Source: Atractiella rhizophila (taxonomy: Eukaryota). From it: a stretch of 64,000 bases of DNA. Below the pieces are notes generated by a model. That model saw nothing but the letters and a program-made list of their open reading frames with translations, was not told where the DNA came from and searched no databases. Made by a program: the position numbers and the translations under genes. The stretch is taken from the NCBI GenBank assembly GCA_021432655.1, contig MU271184.1, positions 62,001-126,000 on the forward strand, read 5' to 3'. Shown in pieces: positions 13,389-24,449 of the stretch. Positions within the stretch are counted from its first letter, which is position 1, and every line of letters begins with the position of its first letter.

Positions 13389-14770
13389 TCAAGTATTGGG
13401 ATAGATGCCGCTGAGACTGGCGCTGGCAAAGTCGTTCGAGAAGCCCACAACACCCGTAAGTGGGTTATATTGAAGGCTACCTGGAAGGAAGTATGGCGAC
13501 CAGCTGATGTTGGAGATATGATGACCCGGGACCAACTGGTGAAGAGGAGCGAGAGAGATGCCAACAAGACCCATACGACCGCCTGTCAAGCCGTGATGGA
13601 ATCTTCCCCCACGATTCATATGGTGGATGTTTTCACGAGTGATCTTGCTTTGAATCCTCCTGCCATGAGGTGTATGCCTACTGTAAGAAAGAATCGGTAT
13701 GATGTGATGGATAAGCTGTCCTTCTGTCAGCATCTGTTCTAGTTGGCTTGATTTGCCGACATACCATGGCTCGTTGGTCAGGTTCAGCTAATTCCAGAGC
13801 GGTCTGACAAATGTAGTTTCCGAGCTCATCTAGAAGCAACCTCTTGACAAAATTGTCTGCCAGAATCTCATCGATAATAGCTCGTTTTGCAATTGGATCC
13901 GCGACGCGGATGCACTGCATGGCGTGGTCGCTCAACAACACAACAAAAACAACAGGAGAGCCGCACTTTTTCAACTACGTTCGAGCTAAGCTTCTGGACA
14001 GACAGGTCACGAATTTTGCCCAAGAATCGGCGAACAATGGCCTTTGTGAAGCCGCCATCCGACAGGTCCAAGCAACACGGAACAGTGTAATTGCCTATCC
14101 ATCAGTGTCAGTCGGCGTTACAGGAGAGCTGAGACGGACCAAAACGATCTTGGACCAACACGAGCCAGTCCTGCTTGATCTCTTCCATGAGTTGAGTCCT
14201 CTGCGATTCTGTCCCGTGGTTGATGCATCGCTGAAGGACACGGCTGCCGTAGCGATCGGATGCGACTTCAATACAATTAGCGGACACGGCATTATAGATG
14301 AACTAAGAGAAGAAAATTAATTGATGACCTATAGGGGACAATCAAACCTGGTTGTCTTCCGAAGGCAGTTGATTAAGGCACTTCTGGATGACACGGTTTC
14401 CGTACGAGTCCTAAATCAAGACTATCAGGTTCAAGTTGAGGGCAGCGACCAAGCTCTGGGCCTGGCGTTGGGTGGAAAGATGATCGATGATCTTCTGGAC
14501 AGCTCAGGTTCTGTGCATGTTCAACGCGATGGGGACCGGTTCTCCTGAAATAGAGTCAAGGAGAGCGTCTCACTGCGCATTGGAAGAAAACTGGAATAGC
14601 TTCTCGGAGAGATAATTGCCAACTGTTCCAAGGGGTTATGGAGATACGATCTCTGTAGATAACACTACATACAAGTATGCATCATCAATTCGCTAAAATG
14701 TGGGAAGATTTCCTGGAAGATTAGATTGCGATGCTTAGGGTTATTTTCCTCCAACTTCATTTGAAGTACG
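13389..14770 (-). pseudogene. Pumilio/PUF RNA-binding domain gene fragment (Puf4/Puf5-like), intron-containing, decayed
   Basis: PUM repeats: LQMKLEE..HRNLIFQE, GNYLSEKL, NMHRT*AVQKII, VLQRCI, SVQKLSSNVVEK, GNYICQTAL, and C-terminal RHTPHGRRIQSKI. In-frame TGA stops. Confidence 0.85.
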
Positions 14771-16063
14771 GACTGATATGAATGCAGGTTAATCATGAGT
14801 TATCATGCTATCATTCATGCCTAACTCATGAGTTAGCTGCTCATATGAAACCCCCTAATATGAGATGAGTAAGAAATGAACATGATTCGTCCGAAACTGC
14901 AAGTTGTAAACTCATCCAACTCATGAGTTTTCATGATGATTGATGTTCCCGGATTGTCGACGACTCAACCTGGGTTCACTGTTCGCGGGCCATTCATTCG
15001 CGCTCCTCTCAATCCAGGGTGACTGGTCTTAGATAAAGGTGCTATATCAAATGCGACTGGAGGGGTGGAGGGCTATGTCAGGATTTTGGCGCGTTGAGCG
15101 TCATTCATTGCCACCTGTTCTGTGGCTGTTTTTCTTGAATGTTCTGGACTTCCATGCTTACCAATGTTTGCCACCGACTGTAAAGGTATAAAAGCACCAG
15201 ATTCTTTATTGTAATACGATGAACTTGTAATTTCATCAGGCTACACCTTACGTTATTCAATGCCATGTCACAGCACCGATGAGCGTACCCGAGGGAAGCC
15301 GGGGGACTTATCATGGCCAACACTCATCTGCGATAAATGCTCATCGTAGTCTGCGTCATCACAACTTTGTTAGCACAGTTCAATAAAGGCAGGAGGCACG
15401 AACTCCTAAACAAGGTCTCTGATGCTGACCTGACGGTCCAACTCCCGCTCTTGCTTTTTTAGTGCGGGATCTTGTTGATCGTCTGTATGCTCACGTCTCT
15501 AAAATCAGGTGGGTAAGCACGGGTGATGTTTGAACTGAAATTAATCACAGCTGACAAATCCGACGCAGAATCACCAATCAGGTAGAGGTTGTTCGTTGTC
15601 ACTCCAGCGAATCCACTCCCAATCACTTCATTAGCGAGATGTAAGATCTCACCAGAGGAAGAATAGTGGAAGGAATTAATCGACTTCGCAAGGTTGAAGG
15701 GTTGAGGTAAATCTCTGCGTGATGACATGGCTATGTTCGCACCGCTAGTCGCTAGTGCCGTGCTCGAATAGACAGAGGATGAAGGTGGACACGACTTGCT
15801 GGAGCTTTTGGTCGATAGTCGTGGTTGAAGTAATTGCTTGGTGTCGGGAAAGGTGAAATTGCTACATGAACAGGCGAACAAAGCTTGAAGAGGAGGTATT
15901 TACCGTTGAGCCTTTGCTTCGGAATTGGATGGGCAAAGAAATTGGAATGTTGGCACTTTTATGAGGAACTGGTAAACGTAAGCAGAAAGCAGCCTCAGAC
16001 GGTTAATCCTCCTGCTCCCAAAAAGTTTCAGGAATATTCCTCTCAGGCGAGTTAAGGTCTCTT

Positions 16064-16165
16064 CCTCTCGCGCGAGTGAACACCTCTTCCTCTCGCGCGA
16101 GTGAACACCTCTTCCTTTCACGCGAGTGAACCTCTATTCCTCTCTCTTCCTCTCGCGCGAGTCGA
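16064..16165. repeat. ~25-bp tandem array (CTCTCGCGCGAGTGAACACCTCTTC) near the right TIR
   Basis: About four units visible. Confidence 0.85.
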
Positions 16166-16575
16166 CCTTCCTTCCTTATTCCTCGTGCGTGCCAGCCTTT
16201 CCCTCGTTCATTTTCCTTTATCCGATCCTGGCGAGAAGCTAAATAGCAAGGATTCTTCAACAGAGCCAAACTCATCGCAGCATATTCCATCTCTCCAATA
16301 CACATCGTTTATTTCGAACCCTTCTACTATTCCGGTGTATATCCAGCTGTACGCTCGATAGATGTCGTTAAAATAAAATTGCAATTTGAATTTTTAAATG
16401 TCCTCTGTGTCAGAGTTTGGCACCGTTTTAAGCTGCATTCGTGCCACTGTCATTTGTGGCTCTAGTTTTCTTTCCCCTTTGCTGTTTCCCTCATTTTGCC
16501 GAGTTCCTTAAGGTATAAAAAGCCCATTATAACTTCGTTGTAATTCATTCCTTTCGACCCTTGGAATCAACACTC

Positions 16576-16740
16576 TGAAGTTTCACAGGGATATCACATC
16601 CTTCTCATTGGTCTCTTGCTTCTTCTTCAGCCTCTTCTCCATCTTGTCTGCCTTCTCAGCCTTTAACATCCCTATAAGCCCAGCAAACTGGGGAGCATGC
16701 CCTGCTCGTGTAACCAACATCGTCTGAGAGCAGAAACTCT
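16576..16740 (-). mobile_element. Upstream continuation of the hAT transposase interrupted at 9613
   Basis: Removing 9614-16575 and one TGA joins KKQETNEKDVISL*NF to KHLSPPVHLVKAC, which matches DSPLKHLVPPIHLVTAC of the 25.7-kb copy. Confidence 0.6.
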
Positions 16741-17833
16741 CGTCTTTCATTGAAAGGAAAGTGGCAATTTCCCCTCCGTCTGAGCTACATTCTGACGAGA
16801 TATGGATCTGCAAATGCGAGCCACAAAAGCGATTAGAATACATCTGATGCGAAAGCGAAAGGATCGAAAGTTCTCGGAGCGATGAAAATTGATATGATTG
16901 CGGCTTGCAGGCGTGCCAGATTGGCTTATTAGTCTTACAAGAGGGAAGGAGGAGGAGGAGGAGAATATGAGTCGGGTGGGGAGGGAGTGAATGGACGCCA
17001 TCTGCATCTGCTTAATCGGTAACGTATCCAACTGGGAGTGCAGACTCACTCAAGAAATAGCGAAGCACAGTTGTAATGAGAAAGAAGGTGCATAACCGCG
17101 TTCCTCAAGAGGCCCTCCATGTCTTCTTCGGTTAACTTGAAAGAGTGCGCGAAACGGGCAAGTGATGGGGACAGTGAGACACAGATCGGGATCCCGCGAG
17201 TGAGCACGAGGGAGGGAAGAAACGGAGGAAGAAGATGATCGTGTGTGAATGGTGAGGACGACGAGGGACGACAGAAAGAGGATGCAGACGACATTCTGGA
17301 TGTTTCTGGCGGGGAGGACATCAGCTGGGCTCACGAATTTGTTGGAGGTTTCAAATTTCCTGCTTGAAAATGCTGATCTCCAGTCGTTCTCCTCAGATAA
17401 GGTGTGAAGTCGTCATGAAACATGAAACAACAAGAGAAAGATGCAACCTGCCTTCTTAGAAGGAGTTGTTAGTCTAAGTTCAACTTCACTTCAACAATTC
17501 ATGACGGCTTCAAGGGCAAGCTTTCTCATTTCTCTCTACCAAATGGTGCATCTACTGCAATGATGGAATGGGTCAGACTCAACATGTCCCAAAAGGTAAC
17601 AACGGATCTGTAGATGCCCTTTCAGAGAGAACTCTGCCTTAAGCATCTCCCAGATATGGACTCCATGCCACACAGAGAATGGGGCAAGCCACAGCTTCCC
17701 GCTCGACCAATTCGGACGGGAATGTTGTTCTGTTTCACTTTCTCTACAATCAATAGGTCAACACTTGAATATCTTTCAGGAACCTATCGTAACGAATCAA
17801 CAACGCAGGCTTTATGGTCAAAGATTGGGACAA

Positions 17834-17900
17834 CAAGTGTGTCAGTGCCCTCGTCCCTCGGGCATCCCCCCTCCGCCAGGGGCTTCGCCCCTTGGACCCC
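17834..17900 (-). mobile_element. Isolated Helitron 3'-end fragment
   Basis: Reverse complement GGTCCAAGGGGCGAAGCCCCTGGCGGAGGGGGGATGCCCGAGGGACGAGGGCACTGACACACTTG closely matches 1855-1919; two hairpins and CTTG|T. Confidence 0.85.
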
Positions 17901-20600
17901 AGCCCAAGCAACCCAACGACGCAAATTGCTCTCCAACATTGACCGTGCTGGTAGGATTTCCATGAGTTCCTGATAACAGCTTGAACCGATTCCCGTCGCA
18001 TATCGCAGAAGGGATTGACCAATCAACGCAGCTTCTAAAGGTCAGTGCCAGCACGAATGTCTTGGGCAGGAACTTACTGCAGAAGTATTTGCTGGCGGAA
18101 ATGCAGAAAAGATGCGACGAATGGAATCGATAATTTTGTCCTTTAGGCCAATATCCTTGCCTGTTGATGGATCAAGGTTGAGAGGAGCAAGAAGGAAAAC
18201 AAGTGCTGTTGAATCTGTCTCCCTGATTGAATGTTTATGGATAAATGGACATACTAAAGATATGGCGCGCGAGAACAGCTGATGTTCAGCAAATCGCTGC
18301 AGAACGTCTATGGTAATATGAACAGCCTTCGTACGACATTCTTCATTCAATGAAGCGACATCGACTTGCATATCGTCCCAGTTTGGCTTTTGCTCCGAGG
18401 CTCCTGAATGTCGAATACCTGAGAGGTAAAGTCGTATGTGTCAATCGCAGAGAAAGGAAGTGTGAGCAATAGTTCGTATGCGGCAGACTGGATAGAAGGT
18501 GGCCCAAGCGAGCTCGTAGCTAGGAGAAACCAGCATTAACCTGTTTACTCTGAACCAGAGTGAACGTACCAATATGAAATAAGAAGGTCAAAGTTTGGTG
18601 ACCCAAATGGTAAGCGTTGCTGCAAAAAGGCGAGATCTACCCCCTCGTATACCTTGTGGGAAGACAGAAGCTCTGTTGTTGCTGATGAGAATTGGCACAG
18701 GATTTTTGGGAAAATGCACTTGACAGGTAAGTATGAACTTTGATAAGCGTCGCCGAAGCATCCTCTGGACAAGGCAGGAGGGTGAAGGCCTAACAAGGGA
18801 GTGAGTATGAAATTTACTACACAAACACAGAGCACAGCGCTTACCTCGTCCACTTTGTCCCTCCCACAGATCGGCTTCCAAAACGTCCTCTTCTTAATGG
18901 CCACTTCCATTTCTGACTGAGCAGCACCATCCCCGTAATCCTTCTCCAACATCTTTACCAGGCTCTGTTTCTGCCCAAATTCGCTGGCCAACTTTTTCAA
19001 TTCGTCTCGATGAATGTTCAGCACTGAAGGTGACGTTGGCGGTGTGGACACAGCAGGAGGGATGGAGGAAGTGTCATTCTGCTTGTTGGTAATATCCAAT
19101 CATTAGCACAGATCATGAAGGGAAAGGGACAACGCACATCATTCCATTCATTCTCTCTCCCCTTCGCGATAGGAGTCTTCAAAGTACTTTCCTCCAGTAC
19201 AATCTTCTTCCTACCCGTGTCCTGCTTCTTTGATTCCTTCTTCAAGAGCGCCCCAAATCCAACAGCTCCTCATCACTTTCGCTCTCGCCCTTATTATCTC
19301 CTCCTGTTCCTCCTCCGTCCTCGATTTCAACATCATGCTTAACCATCTCCAACGTCTTTCTCGCAAACTCCCTCGCCTTTTCCGCCGCCGTTTCGTCCGG
19401 CTCTTGATTTTCGTCGGGCTCCAAACTGGAAAGAGAAGTGAGAGAGGACGAAGCGCTCATAGCCTCCGCAGGTAGTCCTTTCTGAGGACTACGGTTGACA
19501 GAAGCGGAGCTCTCTACGAATAGACGGATCTTGGGGTTGGTCCCAAAGGTGGGGGGATAATGATTTCAAAGTTCTTCCGAGGTCGCTTCGGAGGCGAAGA
19601 GGAACGACGAAACGTTGTTGACGCTGGCTTTGATGTGGGTGACCAATTGGTCTCTGTGGTGGGGATATCTTTGCGGATCACGCTTGATCCTCGACCTTTT
19701 GGCGTGGTGGATTTCGCAGTAGAACGGAGAGTACGAGTGGCTGGAGTGGTTCGACCTGGTGCAGGTGCTTTCTACCTCTTAACTCTCACCGGAGGCGAGT
19801 CTTCCTCTCCGTCTCCCATCTCCATCACTTCTGCCTCCACCGGCTCTCTCCTTCTCTCTTCCACCGGCGTTTCTGGCACCACAAAGCTCTTCATCTTCCT
19901 CCCCACCTCTCTCCTGCCTTCTTCCCCACTGAGTCCATCTACAGGAGTTTCTGGCACGACAAAATCCATTCCCGCTCCATCGTCAAGCTTGCTGGCAGAC
20001 CTGAGCATTCTCGTATTCAGAATCGCTTAGGATTGGATGACGGCGCGGAACTTCTTCCTTCCTGCTGCCTCAGCAGATAAAGACGGTTCTAAAGTTTCTT
20101 CTGTTCTCTCCCTCCTATCCTCATCTCCAGAAATCGGCCTAGACTTCTTCCTACTGACCATACTCTCGGATAACCCAAACGGCTTAGCTTCCACCTCCGC
20201 TAGCTTCCGCTTCGTCCCACCCACCGGAGTCCCAGTTCGCGTCAAAACGTTCTCCTTCTCCTTCCATTTGCTCCTTGATGAGTTCTCTGACTTCTTTCCA
20301 TTCGAGCCCCTATTTCTAGCTGGAGCCCTATGAGGTCTTTCCACACTAGTACTTGTCTCAGCTGTTGAGGAGGCAGGGGTTGAAGCATGTACTCGTTTTG
20401 CAGTCGTCGCTTTGGAAGAGGAGGCGATCTTGGAACTGGATGGTTCAGAGAAGAATGGCAGTTTGGAAAAATAGTCCGTTATGCTACGGGTTGGCGGTTT
20501 CGACGTTGGCTTCGACCTTCTGGTGTGAGACAAAAGGTAAGTCCATGGCTCACTTGCTCGTGGCTGAAACAATGTATAGGACTTTTTACCGCGACAACAG
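17900..20600 (-). CDS. Multi-exon hypothetical protein with a long S/P/K/E-rich N-terminus and a globular-looking C-terminus
   Basis: Chain of minus-strand ORFs (20027-20704, 19772-20008, 19242-19460, 19018-19245, 18545-19099, 18042-18371) with GT..AG introns and several frame breaks. No family recognised. Confidence 0.5.
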
Positions 20601-23066
20601 AGGCTTGTATTGAGTGTCAAGAGGACTATGACGAAAACCTCTTGTGGCAGTACAAGCAAGAAGCATCGCAGGACTGCCGTAAAGAAAAGTTTGTCACTGA
20701 ACAAAGCTGGATCCTATAGAAGCATCTAGAGCTCATTGATCACAAACGGAACTTCAATGACCCGAGATGAAAGCCTTTCATACCAAGCAACCGAATACTT
20801 CTTCTGGAAGAGACCACTCACGTTTCTTTCATTCTTCTGACGGAATCTCACCCCCTCGTCAAGTCCGGATAGTCTCACTCCTCCCCAATATTCGAGAAAA
20901 CAGGTTTGCCCAAAAGACGCGTCTGCTAGTGGAGCAAGTTTACAATGAGTTATTGCTTTGCTTTTTTGGTGTTGCTGGGTGTTGTTTCACGTGCTGCGCG
21001 CGTGGCAGCTCGGGAAAGTCATTTGCCTGGCCGTGGATAAATACAGCCCGCGCAACGGAAACGCGTCTTCTCGATCGATTGTGAACGAGAAAGTCTATGT
21101 ACTATGGGCATGAAATCTTCCAGTCCTGATCATTCCCAGATCACCAGTTCCTGGCCAGTATCAATATTTTTGAAGGCATACAATTCATGCTTGAATGTGT
21201 GAAGCCATTTCTTCCCCAGCTTCAATTCTTCAACCTCATGCTCAAGGTCCAAAGCGTCGTTCTGTCCTTGAATTTCTGGGAATGTTACATAACAACGGAA
21301 TCTACTTTCAGAACATTGATACGTTCAGTAATGTAGAGCAACACTTTACTCCAGCAGTTTTGATTCCATCGGGACCAGTCCGCAAGTGAGAAGGTAATAG
21401 CGAATGTGTGTGGAGGAAGGCATCTTTTTAGGATATGCAACATAGGGAGTTTGTGTGAAGGGACCACAGTAAGCTGGTGTTTCTAATAATGCAGAAACCC
21501 TGATGACATTCTGTTGATGAAATGATCTCGCATGTGCAAATTGTAACATTGGTATCATCTATTTTGGTTGGCAGCATCTAGAATTCTAAGGCAGAAGAGA
21601 AACGCTTCTTCATTTATCGTAGGCGACCGTGACAGAGATCAGAACAGAATGGGAGTGTAGAGTGAAGAATCGATTTTGATGCAATTCAACACCATTTTTG
21701 AAGGGTTAGCGCAGACTCGAACATGTTAACTGTGTGGACGTCCTCGGTACATTCTTTATGGAGCAGCTGGACAGCGAGGCAGGTCCTGTTACATATAAGA
21801 CCAGAAAAGACCGAGGTGCATCGCAAAATGGGTACGGAACGAAAGAACGAAGGTCTACAACCGTCCACACAGATAGAGAAGCACATTGCAAGACAGAAAA
21901 CGGAGGTCGTGCCAGCACCCAGATTTTCGTTCAAGGATAGGCGGCTTTCCAATTCATGTCATTGTGTAACAGGGTTCTCTTCAGAATGATCAGGTCTCTT
22001 TCGGATTGAACTGGCCAAAGACACACCTTGGTTCTGAACCTCCATTTCCCGCAGTATTTCTGCCGTTCTCTTGACAAATGTCCCCGTCAGGCAACGCCTC
22101 TGTGCTCGATGGGTCAAGAAAAAAAGCCTTTAGATTGTCCCAAGTCAACAGTTGGATTTTTCCACCCGGCGTCCTTGGATAGACATAGACGCCTTCAGGA
22201 GCAATAGATATGGTCGAGTGCGCTACAAACGGGTTGTCAGCAGATGAACAACAGTTCCAGAACAGCAGGTCGCGCCAGACCTGATTCCATGATGTTCTAC
22301 GCTATGCAAAGCTGCCAAGTGGGGAAGTTGACGTTGTCGCCCTCACTCTTTCTGTCCTTTGGAGAAAAATGCATTATATATATGGATATTCTGTCTCTCC
22401 TGGTCTGGGTGACGTCCGTTCTGTCAGGAACGGAACAAACGGTGTAGTCAGGGGTTGAATTGCCTGAATTAACATGGGAAAACATAGCTTCCATCTCATG
22501 TCAACCAGGCGGACGAGGCGTACGAAGAGCATACATAGGGCCGCCTAATTTGTCCTATCACAGCGGATCTACACTGGTATGATTGGATTTGCGCAGCATA
22601 GCTTGTCCGTCGCGGGTCCGCAGGCTAGATCCACAACAAAAATTGGCCATCAGACGTTGATTGATTGGGAGCCGACCAGTGGCCAAGAGTCAAATGTCAA
22701 TCGCTACACTTTGGACTTGTTTGGTTCCTTACCGACGGTTTGTCGTGTTCCCTGTGCCCGCTTCCCTGTGCCCGTAACCAGATAGATCTTGGAAAGAAAT
22801 ATTGGGGGTGGTGTAAAGGCTTCACGAGGAGAATATTTCTGTATATTTTGCTTGATTCGCTAAAGTGCCCACCAGAAATCCTACATCATTGTGGCATGAT
22901 CAGAGGGCAGAAGATTAAAAACATCCAAATAGCGCGGTACGTCAGTTTAACAACGATAAATTGACAATAAAGACGTCAAATGAAGCTGAATCCGTTGAGA
23001 CATCTCGAATGAAACGAGGAATACGTGCACAACGTTCTAGTAGGAGGACCATCACAGCCGATATAT

Positions 23067-24420
23067 TTAGTCAGGAGTAAGTTCGCGGGACCGTGTTATG
23101 ATACATTTGTCACCTCCATAGGCACCATGGGCTCCATGGCCCTTCTCTCCACAGTATGCACAACGCAGGTTCACTCTTACGTGTGAACAAGGGGAACCTG
23201 TCAAAGGAGTTGGTTCGTCACTACATGGAGAAGAATTGTTTCCTTCTTGCATAAAACATGTGAGGCTTTTATCACATTTTTTTGTGTCATGCTCCTCAGA
23301 ACAGGCCCCACAGACCGGCCGGCCAACCCTATAACAGTTTTTACCAAAATGGCCTAGTTGGAAACAGTTATAGCATTGCGGAAGATCTCGTACTGATTTT
23401 TCAGCAGGGAGACGTCGGCCATTGAAAAAAACACCACGTTCAATGGCTTCATCTGCCGTCTTGCCGCTCCTGAAGAAGATGAGAAGAGAGGAATAGCCTT
23501 TGAGTGGCACACTTTCTACATCTCTATCCTTGAAGATCTTCTTTGATACCCATTCTAGCTTAAGTATGTCCTTCTCCGTCCAATTGTTGCGGTCCAAGAG
23601 ATTGTCTTTGACCTGGTTCTTGTCTCTAATGTTCCAGTGTGTTCCGACTTTGTGAATCACCACTATGTCGGCTGGAATGCTATGAGAAAATCCCTTCAGA
23701 TCACCGCATACCGGCAGCCACTCTGTTATTGTTTCTGATGCCCTATTGCAGTCAATGGCATCGTTGAACCACACCGCAACCCCTCCCCCAGGTAGCTTGT
23801 CAATTGCTGCAGCAGAGACCTTGCTGTTATCTTTTACTTCAGGGGTAGGATCTTGCGGAGTTATTCTGTATATCATTCTTGCGGTTAGGGCATCGTTAAC
23901 TTGAGCGAGGAGCTCGATTTCAGGTTTATCATCTAAGATATGGGCAGAACCATTCGTAGGGAATAGTGACAGTTTCCTGCTTTTTACAGGCCGCTTTGGA
24001 CAGTGTTTGAGGGTCAATCCTTAAGTTTAGAACGGATGGGAGAGCACTAAGTGGAGGGAAATCCCTTTCGTTCGGTACCCAAGTGGGTTGAGTGGTGTTC
24101 TCCTGAACTGGGATCCCCTCTGTGAGTTTACGCTCAATCCCCTCTATCCTTTCCAGGATGGTTTCAATATTCTGATTCGCTAACATTTGGTTTCGAGAAA
24201 TGCGGCACATTTCGCTGAGGGGATCCTTTTTAAGTAGAGACACACAAGCTTTAAGGAGTGTGTCGATGGTATCAATCGTGGTTTGGTCCATTTTGAATTC
24301 TCCTTTTGTGTTTCTGATTAATTTATTGATAGAGCTCATAGCAATAAATTGCCTATATGTAAATTCTAATAGTTGTACAGACAATTGTGACATGGTCTGT
24401 TTCTGCTTCTTACAACATCA
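23067..24420 (-). mobile_element. Tad1-like LINE ORF1 (gag-like), frameshifted, ORF2 absent
   Basis: PQCYNCFQLGHFGKNC, CGACSEEHDTKKC and CAYCGEKGH..C form the triple zinc knuckle typical of fungal LINE ORF1. Confidence 0.85.
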
Positions 24421-24449
24421 TCAATTGGACTTGATATATATTCAAGGTG

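Larger units (their letters stand above)
9614..16575. mobile_element. ~7-kb non-autonomous TIR element with ~170-bp TIRs and 3-bp TSD (TGA), inserted in the hAT gene; superfamily uncertain (TSD size is PIF/Harbinger-like)
   Basis: 9614-9781 is the inverted complement of ~16408-16575. TGA lies at 9611-9613 and 16576-16578. The hAT reading frame rejoins across the insertion (...NF|KHLSPPVHLV). Confidence 0.8.

Noticed and set aside
21080..22500. Gene calls from short ORFs here, and similarly at 27355-28400, 38450-39950 and 54900-56250
   Set aside because: No recognisable motifs or consistent exon chain; many listed ORFs are antisense shadows or use non-ATG starts.
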